Below the pieces are notes generated by a model, which did no database searches, was not told the DNA's origin, and saw nothing but the letters and a program-made list of their open reading frames with translations. Positions 48,251 to 56,791 of a stretch of DNA of 64,000 bases are shown one piece after another. Made by a program: the position numbers and the translations under genes. Numbering within the stretch: the stretch's first letter is position 1; each line of letters starts with the position of its first letter. The DNA comes from an uncultured Bacteroidota bacterium. Lineage in GTDB: Bacteria; Bacteroidota; Bacteroidia; Bacteroidales; WCHB1-69. The DNA lies in contig OW818690.1 of NCBI GenBank assembly GCA_942493315.1, positions 2,503,275-2,567,274 of the forward strand. The letters are read 5' to 3'.

Positions 48251-50002
48251 TTATTTTTTGGTTTTTGTTTTTCTAAGAGGTTCATCCCCAAAAGAATAAG
48301 TAACACCTACAATAAAGTTAAGCCCAAAATTTGTGAAGTCATAGTATTTAGAATAATATTGAGATGCAATATTATTAACTTGTGCAAAAGCAGAGAACTG
48401 TTTGTTGATCAAATATTCATAAGATGCATCAAAATTGAGTACAGGTCTCATTTTATTGATCACATAATTGTTATTTTCTAATGGGGTTAATTCCCATCTG
48501 TCAAAGGCTAACTTAAAGTTTAAATCAAAAATCATCTGATCTTTGTAATAATATTTTCCACCAAAACTGCCTTCCCAGGTTGGTTTATAAAAAGGTTTTG
48601 AAATATTGGTTAAATTATAATACCCCCAATAATTGGCATCGAAATTCAAATACAAATGATCGACAACCTGCCAGGTGATATTGGCACAAACATTGAGTAT
48701 ATTCACGTTGGAATAAATCACATCAAACTGATTACGAAGCAATGAGGTGGTGTCAATCATGTAAAATGGCATATCTTTAGCATACGTGTAACGAGCTGAA
48801 AAATGGTAGTTTAATTTCTTAATCAGATTGCCTTTAATCCCACCAAAAATATTGATCTGGGAACGAGTGAATTTTAAAGTGTCTAAATTGGGCTTTAAAT
48901 ATGGATTTTCATATAATAAATCTTTCAATGAGTTGAATTTAGTGTACCCGTTTACACCTCCATAAAGACTCATAATTCCCGGAATAATGCCCAATTGAAC
49001 TTCAGCAATCGGATAAATGGGCACTTTAGCTTTGGTGTATAAATTGGTGTTTACAATCGGAACGCCAAACCCTAAATTCAAACTGTATTCCTTAACTTCA
49101 AAAGTTATCGTTGGCTTTAATTCCACTTTATAGGAGTTTTTAGTGTGTTTAGCTAATGGAATATCATTGGACCACTGATTGTAATAGTAATCAAAACTTA
49201 TATCTAATTTGTAATTTTGAGAACCTGAAACTTTTAAAAAACGATCATCATAAGCTAAAAATCCTTTTAATCCTGCATGGTTTTCATTATCCCTACGGTG
49301 AGTGTATATATAATCATACAGAATTCTAAAATCGTATTTTAATACTTTAACATCAGGTGTGTAGTTCGATCTTAAACCGGTAATGGCGTAAGCGTGATGA
49401 AAATTGTTGCGTAAAGTGTCACGATAGGTTTTGGTGTAATAGTAATCATCATAACCATCTAATTTATTGAATGCAAAAAGATGTGCTACCTGATGATTGT
49501 ATCCAAATGTGTTGTATAAGGTTGAATTTCTGAAAAAACGATGGAAAAAGAGCATCGTTTTGGTGTCACTTACAGGAGCATACGCATAGTTTTTCATCGT
49601 TTTTCCCATTTGAGGTGCCCATAATGAGAAATGATTGACGTTAACTCCGTATGAGTATTTTTGATTATCAAAGTTGTGAATGTTCAACTGAGCAAGCGGT
49701 GTTACCGGAAAACCAAATCCTACACGAATAAAATTACGGTATAACCTTTTCATGACATCAGCTGTAAGTTTAGCTGGTTGAACGGCATTGGGAACAAAGG
49801 TTAAATCGATCCTTTGGGGCATGATATCATAAGGGAATTTTACTTTTTCTACAAGTGTATCCACAATTTCAGCGCTGTTGTTGATTTTATCAAAGTTTTG
49901 GATAGTAGGAGTGAACTCAATATTGAATCGGGCCGTATCCACTTGAGAATAAGCAGTAAAGCTGATGATAAACAGTATTATGATGTTGATGAACTTTTTC
50001 AT
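48251..50002 (-). CDS. Hypothetical secreted beta-strand-rich protein (putative outer-membrane beta-barrel)
   Basis: Signal peptide; alternating aromatic-rich sequence. The assignment is weak. Confidence 0.45.
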   Translation of the reverse strand: MKKFINIIILFIISFTAYSQVDTARFNIEFTPTIQNFDKINNSAEIVDTLVEKVKFPYDIMPQRIDLTFVPNAVQPAKLTADVMKRLYRNFIRVGFGFPVTPLAQLNIHNFDNQKYSYGVNVNHFSLWAPQMGKTMKNYAYAPVSDTKTMLFFHRFFRNSTLYNTFGYNHQVAHLFAFNKLDGYDDYYYTKTYRDTLRNNFHHAYAITGLRSNYTPDVKVLKYDFRILYDYIYTHRRDNENHAGLKGFLAYDDRFLKVSGSQNYKLDISFDYYYNQWSNDIPLAKHTKNSYKVELKPTITFEVKEYSLNLGFGVPIVNTNLYTKAKVPIYPIAEVQLGIIPGIMSLYGGVNGYTKFNSLKDLLYENPYLKPNLDTLKFTRSQINIFGGIKGNLIKKLNYHFSARYTYAKDMPFYMIDTTSLLRNQFDVIYSNVNILNVCANITWQVVDHLYLNFDANYWGYYNLTNISKPFYKPTWEGSFGGKYYYKDQMIFDLNFKLAFDRWELTPLENNNYVINKMRPVLNFDASYEYLINKQFSAFAQVNNIASQYYSKYYDFTNFGLNFIVGVTYSFGDEPLRKTKTKK

Positions 50003-50026
50003 AGTCTTATATTTTGCAATGGATCT

Positions 50027-53000
50027 TTATTCAGGTTTTGGATTGTTGTTTTGGGCATTTTCTAATTCGGTTACCTCTTTCACTTTTTGAATGGCTACCT
50101 CTTTTAGTTCACCTTCAAAGTTATCTACAATACTTTGATAGGTGTGTTTGGCTTGAAAATAATTGCCTTTGGATTTATAAATATCTCCATATAAAATGAA
50201 CGTTTTAGCTAACCAATAAGCTGATTTATAGTTGCCTCCAATAATCTTTTTAATCAACTTTTCAGATTCATTGATGTTGTTTTCCTTAAATTCAATTTCA
50301 GCATTTTTATAAGCTGCTTCTGTGCAGATATCATTATCACCCATCGCTGAAAGTAATCCAAAATATTTTTTAGCAGTGATGTTTTCGTTTAACTCATAAG
50401 CAGATCTGCCGGCATAGATGATCGCATCCGTTTTCAACTCATCATCAATATTGGAGATCGCCAAGATGTTTTCTGCACTGCTCAACGAATTACGATGTTG
50501 TCCTAACTCAAAGGAGCAACGCATGATTCCATTGTTGGCGTAAATGATATTTTCCTGACTGGAAGCCAATTCTAACAATTTATTGAAATAACCCAACGCT
50601 TTTTGGTACTCATTTTTGGAAAACCAGATATAGGCTACATTGTGAATCGCTGTTTCATTGTTGTTGGTGTTGTATTTGTTTAATAAAGTTTCATAAGAAA
50701 CCAATGCATTGTCATAATCTTTAATACCAAATTCACATTCCCCTTTGTTGAACAACGCAGTAGCTGTAAATAATCCATTAGGAAATTGTCTTACATAATC
50801 AGAATACCCTTTAATAGCGGCTTGTCTGTCCCCTCTAATGAATTTGTCATTGGCAGCTTTAAAGGTGATAGAATCTTGTTTAGATTCAGAATAATTCATG
50901 TTTTTATTTTTGATATAATCAAAGAAATCACCTGGAGAACCATTTTCAGCGTATATATTTTCAAGATTGGATAAAGCATCTATAGATTCCTGAGATCCCG
51001 GATAGGTTTCAAAGACATATTTAAAGTTTTTTATCGCATTCTCTTCATCCTGTACATTCAAATAAGCCAAAGCCATTTTGTTGTAAGCTTGCTTTACATA
51101 CACACTCTTTTTATTATTCTTGATAAAGGTTTGGTACGCAGTAATCGCTTGTGAATATTGATTTTGAGCATGATAAGTAGAAGCTAATTCAAATTCAGCA
51201 TCATCAATGTAGGTGGATTTTGGATAATTTTGAATCAGTTTGTTTAATGTGGTGATTTTCCCGGAGTGATCACGGGTAAACCCATAACATTTAGCTTGTT
51301 GGAACACAATATAATCTTTTTTACCGGAATTGTATTGCTCTGCCTTTTGATAAAATGATAAAGCTTTAGACACATTACGCTCCATGTAATAACAATCAGC
51401 TATTCTAATGGTAGCATCACTGATCAGATTGATATCTTTATCGGATCCATTTAAGTAAGCGTTGAATGCAGAAATACCATCACTGTATTTGAATGTTTTC
51501 AAATAAGCATATCCCAAAGTGTAATTGGAAATATCGTAATACTCATTATTTTTAGCTGATTCGTTTCTTTGATAAGCTCTTAAAGAAGAAATAGCATCAC
51601 TATATTTGCTATTGCGGTATTCGATCTCCCCTTTCCAGTACAATGCAGATAGGTTAATCTGTTTATCCATCGGATACTTAATAGATTTTTCGATCATAGT
51701 AGCCGCTTTCGTGTACTCTTTGTTGTTGATTAACTCTAAAGTTCTGAAATAAGTACATCTTTGATAAGCTTTTAATAAAGAAGGATTTTTATTAGAGATC
51801 TTCTCCAATGAAGTGATCGCTCCCTGGTAGTTTTTAGTGGACATGTAGATTTTAGACAAATAACTGCTGGCTTCTTCACTTCTTGTAGAATTGGGATACT
51901 CATTGATATACTCTTCCAAAGCTCTGATTGCACTGTTAAAAGGTTGATTGGAAGTTTCATATTGCAATTTGGCGAAATTGTATAAAGCATCTTCTGTAAT
52001 TTCTGGGTCGATTTTCATTTTGTAAGCTTCGTAGAAAGTTTGGGAAGCCAATGAAAGTTGTCCGAGGTTGATGTAGCAATCACCGATGATATACAAACTG
52101 GTTTGACCAATGATCGAAGTGCTTTTGGATGTTTGAGAAAGGAGTTCGATCGCTTTTCTGAAATCATTCACTTTGTAATAGGTAAAACCGGCAGCAAAAC
52201 AATCGTTGCTATCCAGATTTGCTTTATTTTTTTCAAGATAGAAAGTAAAATAGGGTTCCCCCTCTTTATATTTTCCAAGATTATAGTAGGCTAATCCTAA
52301 AGATCTGGCGATATCGATTTTACTTTTTTCATTAGATTTTGCGTACAATGGGGGAGCGATAGATACCAATTCCTCATATTTCTTTTGCAAAAACAAAATC
52401 TGAACCACATAATAGGGGATTATACTTTGATATTCGTAAGAATCTTTAAGTTCCAAAAAGCCGTCTAATGCTGCTTCATATTGTTTCTCTTCGTAAGCGA
52501 TATGAGCCAGGTAGTATGTAGCTCTAAGCTGATATGGACCTTCAGCTTTTTTAGCTCTCATCATAAAAGTTTTAGCTTCCGGAAATTTATTAGTAGCAAA
52601 AAAGGAGTACCCTTTTTTAAACTGGTATTCAGCCAATTCATGGGGGCGCACATTCCGTTCATCAATTTTATTAAATGTTTCGATCACATTTTTATACATT
52701 TTTTTATAAAAATAAAATTTCCCCAAGTAATAATTAGCTTCAGGTACGAGGGAATGAACGGGATACAAACGGATAAAATCGGTCAGATAAAAAATCGCAT
52801 CCTCGTTATACAGTTGTGCGGCACAAACTCCGATATAGAAATAGGAATTTGATTTTATATCTTGTTGTTTATTAGGTGTATTTTCATACACAAACTTAAA
52901 ATACTGCTGCGCTGCCCCATATTTTTCCTTTTGGAAAAGTTCCATAGCGGTATTAAATTCAAACTCAGGAGATTCAAATTTGATCGGTTTTTGCGCGTAA

Positions 53001-53062
53001 AGAAAGCCGAGATTAAAAGTAACTAAAAGAAGAATTACGCTTTTTCGAATTAATATTTTCAT
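50027..53062 (-). CDS. Large secreted TPR-repeat protein
   Basis: Signal peptide from the internal Met (MKILIRKSVILLLVTFNLGFLYAQ); TPR-like repeats throughout. Confidence 0.7.
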   Translation of the reverse strand: MKILIRKSVILLLVTFNLGFLYAQKPIKFESPEFEFNTAMELFQKEKYGAAQQYFKFVYENTPNKQQDIKSNSYFYIGVCAAQLYNEDAIFYLTDFIRLYPVHSLVPEANYYLGKFYFYKKMYKNVIETFNKIDERNVRPHELAEYQFKKGYSFFATNKFPEAKTFMMRAKKAEGPYQLRATYYLAHIAYEEKQYEAALDGFLELKDSYEYQSIIPYYVVQILFLQKKYEELVSIAPPLYAKSNEKSKIDIARSLGLAYYNLGKYKEGEPYFTFYLEKNKANLDSNDCFAAGFTYYKVNDFRKAIELLSQTSKSTSIIGQTSLYIIGDCYINLGQLSLASQTFYEAYKMKIDPEITEDALYNFAKLQYETSNQPFNSAIRALEEYINEYPNSTRSEEASSYLSKIYMSTKNYQGAITSLEKISNKNPSLLKAYQRCTYFRTLELINNKEYTKAATMIEKSIKYPMDKQINLSALYWKGEIEYRNSKYSDAISSLRAYQRNESAKNNEYYDISNYTLGYAYLKTFKYSDGISAFNAYLNGSDKDINLISDATIRIADCYYMERNVSKALSFYQKAEQYNSGKKDYIVFQQAKCYGFTRDHSGKITTLNKLIQNYPKSTYIDDAEFELASTYHAQNQYSQAITAYQTFIKNNKKSVYVKQAYNKMALAYLNVQDEENAIKNFKYVFETYPGSQESIDALSNLENIYAENGSPGDFFDYIKNKNMNYSESKQDSITFKAANDKFIRGDRQAAIKGYSDYVRQFPNGLFTATALFNKGECEFGIKDYDNALVSYETLLNKYNTNNNETAIHNVAYIWFSKNEYQKALGYFNKLLELASSQENIIYANNGIMRCSFELGQHRNSLSSAENILAISNIDDELKTDAIIYAGRSAYELNENITAKKYFGLLSAMGDNDICTEAAYKNAEIEFKENNINESEKLIKKIIGGNYKSAYWLAKTFILYGDIYKSKGNYFQAKHTYQSIVDNFEGELKEVAIQKVKEVTELENAQNNNPKPE

Positions 53063-53195
53063 ATTTTGTTCATTTACAATATTAATATAATTAACGAACA
53101 AAGATAACAAATTGATATGGTTTTAAAAATAGATACATGATTATTTTTCAACACCCCAATATTGATAAATGGAGTGAATAGTGAATAGTGAATTT

Positions 53196-53374
53196 GGGCG
53201 TTCCGGCATCAGCCAACCCACGATTCCACCCTGCTGCCGTCGGGCTTTTCAGGGGTCCGCTTCGCTCCCGTACTTCGCTGCACATCGCTTAAGATGGTTC
53301 ATCCTGAATCGGATTAATCATCGCGGCGCTCGTTCCAGCTCGTACCGCTTCGCGCCCTTCCAATCCCTAACGCG
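53196..53374. repeat. GC-rich intergenic element (family member 2)
   Basis: Same termini (GGGCGTTCC ... CCCTAACGC) and internal blocks as 19275-19484. Flanked by GTGAATA x3 (53174-53194) and GTTATCA x3 (53379-53402). Confidence 0.7.
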
Positions 53375-53407
53375 ATAAGTTATCAGTTATCAGCTATCAG
53401 TTTTCTA

Positions 53408-53434
53408 ACGGTCAACCAAATTTAGGCATTGACA
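53408..53434. mobile_element. Orphan terminal inverted repeat of the IS3-family element
   Basis: 26-27 nt identical to the reverse complement of the left end of the intact IS (56790-56815). No IS body is adjacent. Confidence 0.8.
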
Positions 53435-53708
53435 CTTCGCAGCAACGCACGCTGTACTTCGATATTCACAAGGATATTTATGCAAAAATACAAAAAAACA
53501 ACCTGTTTATGGTAAATGTTTAAAAAATCTCTCGATTGAAATCCAGTTATTTTAAACTTTTAATGACACTAAACAAGTGGCTCAGTTTGCTAAGGAATAA
53601 TCATAAAATTCATTAACAACGAAGTACAAAAAGTTTTAAAAAAAGTTACACAAAGAGATATTCGCCGCTCTGCAGCGTTATGTTTCTATTAACAAGCAAA
53701 AATGATGA

Positions 53709-54257
53709 TTATAGTTTGTCTAATTTGTCAAGAAGTGAGATGGTAAAGGAGTCCATTCGGGAAAAAGCAAACCATTTTTTGCCTAAATCTTTTAATGATG
53801 CTCCAAAATGGTACAATTCATGATCATCAATGATTAAAAAGCGATCGTGAGCACCATTAAATTCAACTATTTTTATTTCGGGATATTGTCTGTTGTGTTT
53901 TTTAAGATCGATTCTAAGTTGTTTCGAAACAGCAGAAAGCATAGCAACGCCTTGTTCGGTAAATACCCATGGCAAGTATTTTCTATGTTGTCCTCTCCCT
54001 TTTTGATCTTCTAAGGTGCCAATTTGGAACTTTAAAGATTCCCATTCGGATTCATCTAATTGAAATGCAAATGTACTTGGAAATCTATCGGGATTTCGAT
54101 GAACAGCTCTATTGATGTATTTAGTCTCCGTTTGATATAATTTTGCTAATTCACTATCAAGCATGACCTGCATTTCTCTTATTGTAAATATTTTATTTTC
54201 AAGATTGTTTATAAGTGGTATGTTTTGCTGAGATGCAAAATAGATTTCGTCTTTCAT
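53709..54257 (-). CDS. ORF6N-domain (KilA-N-like) DNA-binding protein
   Basis: IREMQVMLDSELAKLYQTETKYINRAVHRNPDRFP ... GRGQHRKYLPWVFTEQGVAMLS, and C-terminal HDRFLIIDD..LYHFGASLKDLGKKWFAFSRM. Confidence 0.8.
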   Translation of the reverse strand: MKDEIYFASQQNIPLINNLENKIFTIREMQVMLDSELAKLYQTETKYINRAVHRNPDRFPSTFAFQLDESEWESLKFQIGTLEDQKGRGQHRKYLPWVFTEQGVAMLSAVSKQLRIDLKKHNRQYPEIKIVEFNGAHDRFLIIDDHELYHFGASLKDLGKKWFAFSRMDSFTISLLDKLDKL

Positions 54258-54468
54258 CGTTTAGTAGGTTTAGTGAAGCAAAAATACAAAAAAGAACTTA
54301 CTATAACTTGTAAAAAATTGAAATTCTATTAAAAATTACTTATAACTAAGAAATGATACTATAAACAAATGGCTCAGTTTATTCAGGAATGGGGTGTTCA
54401 GTTTAACCGGAATAATCAGTCTGCCGTCTGCCGTCCGCTGACTGCAGACTTTCTCAGCTCCGTAGGAG

Positions 54469-54637
54469 TGCGGTCTTTGTAGCAGATGATTGGTGTTGTG
54501 ATGATTTAGAGGGGCGGAGCCCTGAGATCTTAAATAATGAAAAATGAAGAATTAAAAATGAAAAATGTCAGGGCTAACGCCCCTTTTGTGGTTGTGGGGA
54601 TCGCATTTTCTACAAAGATCGCAGGGCTACGCCCCTG
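54469..54637. repeat. GC-rich REP-like inverted-repeat cluster
   Basis: AGGGGCGGAGCCCTGA (54510-54525) is inverted relative to TCAGGGCTAACGCCCCT (54568-54584) and CAGGGCTACGCCCCTG (54622-54637). GCGGTCTTTGTAG is inverted relative to CTACAAAGATCGC. Confidence 0.75.
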
Positions 54638-54665
54638 ATAAAAATCGAAACGCCGTTGCCATTGC

Positions 54666-54887
54666 CTATTTGAAACTTCCCGATGGTCATTTGAAACTTC
54701 CCGATGGTCATTTGAAACTTCCCGATGGCTATTTGAAACTTCCCGATGGCTATTTGAAACTTCCCGATGGCTATTTGAAACTTCCCGATGGCTATTTGAA
54801 ACTTCCCGACGACTATTTGAAACTTCCCGATGGTTATTTGAAACTTCCCGATGGTTATTTGAAACTTCCCGATGGTTATTTGAAAAC
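54666..54887. repeat. 21-bp tandem repeat, about 10.5 copies (consensus CTATTTGAAACTTCCCGATGG)
   Basis: Read directly. Variation is confined to the first two bases of each unit plus one GACGA variant. Confidence 0.95.
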
Positions 54888-54913
54888 TACGGTTCTCTAT
54901 ATGAAAACCGTAG
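54882..54913 (-). terminator. Rho-independent terminator of gene 54931..55674
   Basis: CTACGGTT (54887-54894) pairs with AACCGTAG (54906-54913). A T-run follows on the minus strand, 18 nt after the stop. Confidence 0.65.
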
Positions 54914-54930
54914 TATCAGATTTCTTTTAG

Positions 54931-55674
54931 TTATAATCTATTTTCAAAACCGAGTCCTGAAACTTGTTTAAACTCGGTACTTGCTGTGCCGAAGAGGGAT
55001 TTGATGTACGATTTGGTGTCGGAGGCGCGGTCGATGAGGCCGGTGATGGGGTGGTAGAGGATTTCGTTGCGGAGACCACGTGCTTTTTCGAGTTTTAGAT
55101 AGGCAGCGATCACGTTGGTGTTGGCTGCTTTGAGAACGGCAAGTAGTGCTTGTAAGGTACCGATTTTGAGTTCATCTTCGTTGGGGGTGTATTCGGGAAT
55201 AGAGGAGAGTTGGATGAGGAGGCGGTCGAAGTTTTCGATGCGGGAATCGTAGCTCATTTGGGCTGTGGAGATCTGCGTTTTAGGAGTACCGGCTTCGGTT
55301 AATGCTTGTTGTTCTTTTTCGGTGAGTTTGGCGGATGCTCTTCTCCCTTGCAGTTTCCGGATGATCGATTGGACGCTCTCATCGTACTTCATGTTGGAAT
55401 CGGACGCTTTGAGGGCGTTGTTGATACGGGTGATCAGCTTGTTGAGGGGTTCAAAAGCGATTTCCCGATCATCAACCGCTTTGGAATAAGCAGTTTGGGC
55501 AGCATAATGGGCATTAAACGACTCCTTGGTACTCACCAGAAGTGCTTGCAAAGAGGCCAGTTTGATGCTCTCTTTCGATGGGTTGTACTTCTCCCCAAAA
55601 AGGGTGATTGCAGAGATTAAACTCTCTAAGTTGGTCATATTTTTAGCATGACCGGATTCAGATGTTTTTGACAT
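54931..55674 (-). CDS. Hypothetical protein, compositionally atypical (GC-richer than surroundings)
   Basis: Clean 247-aa ORF, predicted helical, no signal peptide. Visibly higher G+C than neighbouring genes. Confidence 0.6.
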   Translation of the reverse strand: MSKTSESGHAKNMTNLESLISAITLFGEKYNPSKESIKLASLQALLVSTKESFNAHYAAQTAYSKAVDDREIAFEPLNKLITRINNALKASDSNMKYDESVQSIIRKLQGRRASAKLTEKEQQALTEAGTPKTQISTAQMSYDSRIENFDRLLIQLSSIPEYTPNEDELKIGTLQALLAVLKAANTNVIAAYLKLEKARGLRNEILYHPITGLIDRASDTKSYIKSLFGTASTEFKQVSGLGFENRL

Positions 55675-55889
55675 AATGAAACAAATTTGGTTAATAAATA
55701 CTTATTCTAACTTCCTGTGAAGTTATTTTAAATTTCTCATTTCATGCAAGGGTACACAATGTACAAACAAAGAACGTAAAAAAGGGTGGGGGAAGGTTCG
55801 TTTCTCAATGAGTCTTTATAGTGATTTCTCGGTGGTTCAAAAATATAAAAAATTTTAATATAATCACAAAATTGAAAAATATTTTTAAA

Positions 55890-55946
55890 TGCATTATTTC
55901 CTCAGAAATATGCATTATTTCCTCAAAAAAGTGCATTTTTTCGGAA
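55890..55946. promoter_or_regulatory. Three direct repeats TGCATTATTTCCTCA at 21-bp spacing (candidate operator/iteron)
   Basis: Copies at 55890, 55911 and 55932 (the third is degenerate), 220-270 nt upstream of the minus-strand gene start at 55674. Confidence 0.4.
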
Positions 55947-56065
55947 GGTTTTCCAAATAGTAACCAAAAACAAGCCATTTTGTGATTTATAACGACTCTC
56001 GATTTCGGAACATTTTGAATGAAAAATGGGAAATGAAGACGTTTGTCTTTCGTCCTTTGTCCTAA

Positions 56066-56179
56066 TTATTTCACAGTGTTTCACAGTGTTAAACGATGTT
56101 TCACAGTGTTGATGTGTCCTGATTTTTAAATTTATAAACACTGTGGAACACATTATAACACAGTGGGACACTGTGATCC
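56066..56179. repeat. 114-bp CACAGTG-rich quasi-palindromic element, copy B
   Basis: Six CACAGTG/CACTGTG heptamers with spacings of 10, 20, 37, 20 and 10 nt. Homologous to 32001-32114. Confidence 0.8.
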
Positions 56180-56273
56180 TATTTAATATTACAATATAAA
56201 TGAATAATCAAAAATGAAAATCTTTGCCTTTCCTTTTGCCCTAAAAGAAAGCGGATTTTAATAACTTAAAAAA

Positions 56274-56747
56274 TTATCTTTTATTCTCTTTCCTCAGGAT
56301 ATACCCACTCGTTTCGGAAGTGTACAATTTCAGTTCCAGATAGGTTTGTTGATCAATAAAAACCATTTTATATTTAGAATCGCTAAAAAAGTGCTCCATT
56401 TGAGAATCTCCCACATATTCCAGGTGAAGTGTGTCTGATGAAATTTCCCAAGTATAAAGTTCTTGTTGATCGGAGTTTTTTTGTAAAGTTGCATTAAACT
56501 GATCTCTAAAAGTTATAACCGGACAAACATTACAGATGATTACATTTTCTTCAGATATGGAATCAGAAACCATCTTTTCTGAAAATGTTGCATTAACATT
56601 CCATTCTCCCAAGGTTTGGGAGATCATAACGGAACGCATTATAACACTATATGATTTGTCTATTTTAGCCGTATCAGCCTGCCCAAACCCTTGGATTTGA
56701 AACAAACAGAAAACAAAAATTATAAAGGGTATGATCTTATTATTCAT
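56274..56747 (-). CDS. Hypothetical secreted protein
   Basis: Signal peptide MNNKIIPFIIFVFCLFQIQGFGQA. Confidence 0.5.
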   Translation of the reverse strand: MNNKIIPFIIFVFCLFQIQGFGQADTAKIDKSYSVIMRSVMISQTLGEWNVNATFSEKMVSDSISEENVIICNVCPVITFRDQFNATLQKNSDQQELYTWEISSDTLHLEYVGDSQMEHFFSDSKYKMVFIDQQTYLELKLYTSETSGYILRKENKR

Positions 56748-56791
56748 TATTCACTATTCATTATTAATTATTCATTATTCACTATTCACTG

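Noticed and set aside
54666-54887. CRISPR array interpretation of the 21-bp and hexamer repeats
   Set aside because: The repeats are directly abutting with no unique spacers, and no cas genes are present in the window.
54565-54930. ORF 54565..54930 (121 aa, LKLPDGY x10)
   Set aside because: This is a translation of the 21-bp tandem array and the REP-like sequence. It overlaps the terminator of the convergent gene.
55923-56171. ORF 55923..56171 (82 aa)
   Set aside because: It overlaps the CACAGTG quasi-palindromic repeat. The peptide (CETSFNTVKHCEIIRT...) is generated by the repeat, and the second copy of the element has no equivalent ORF.
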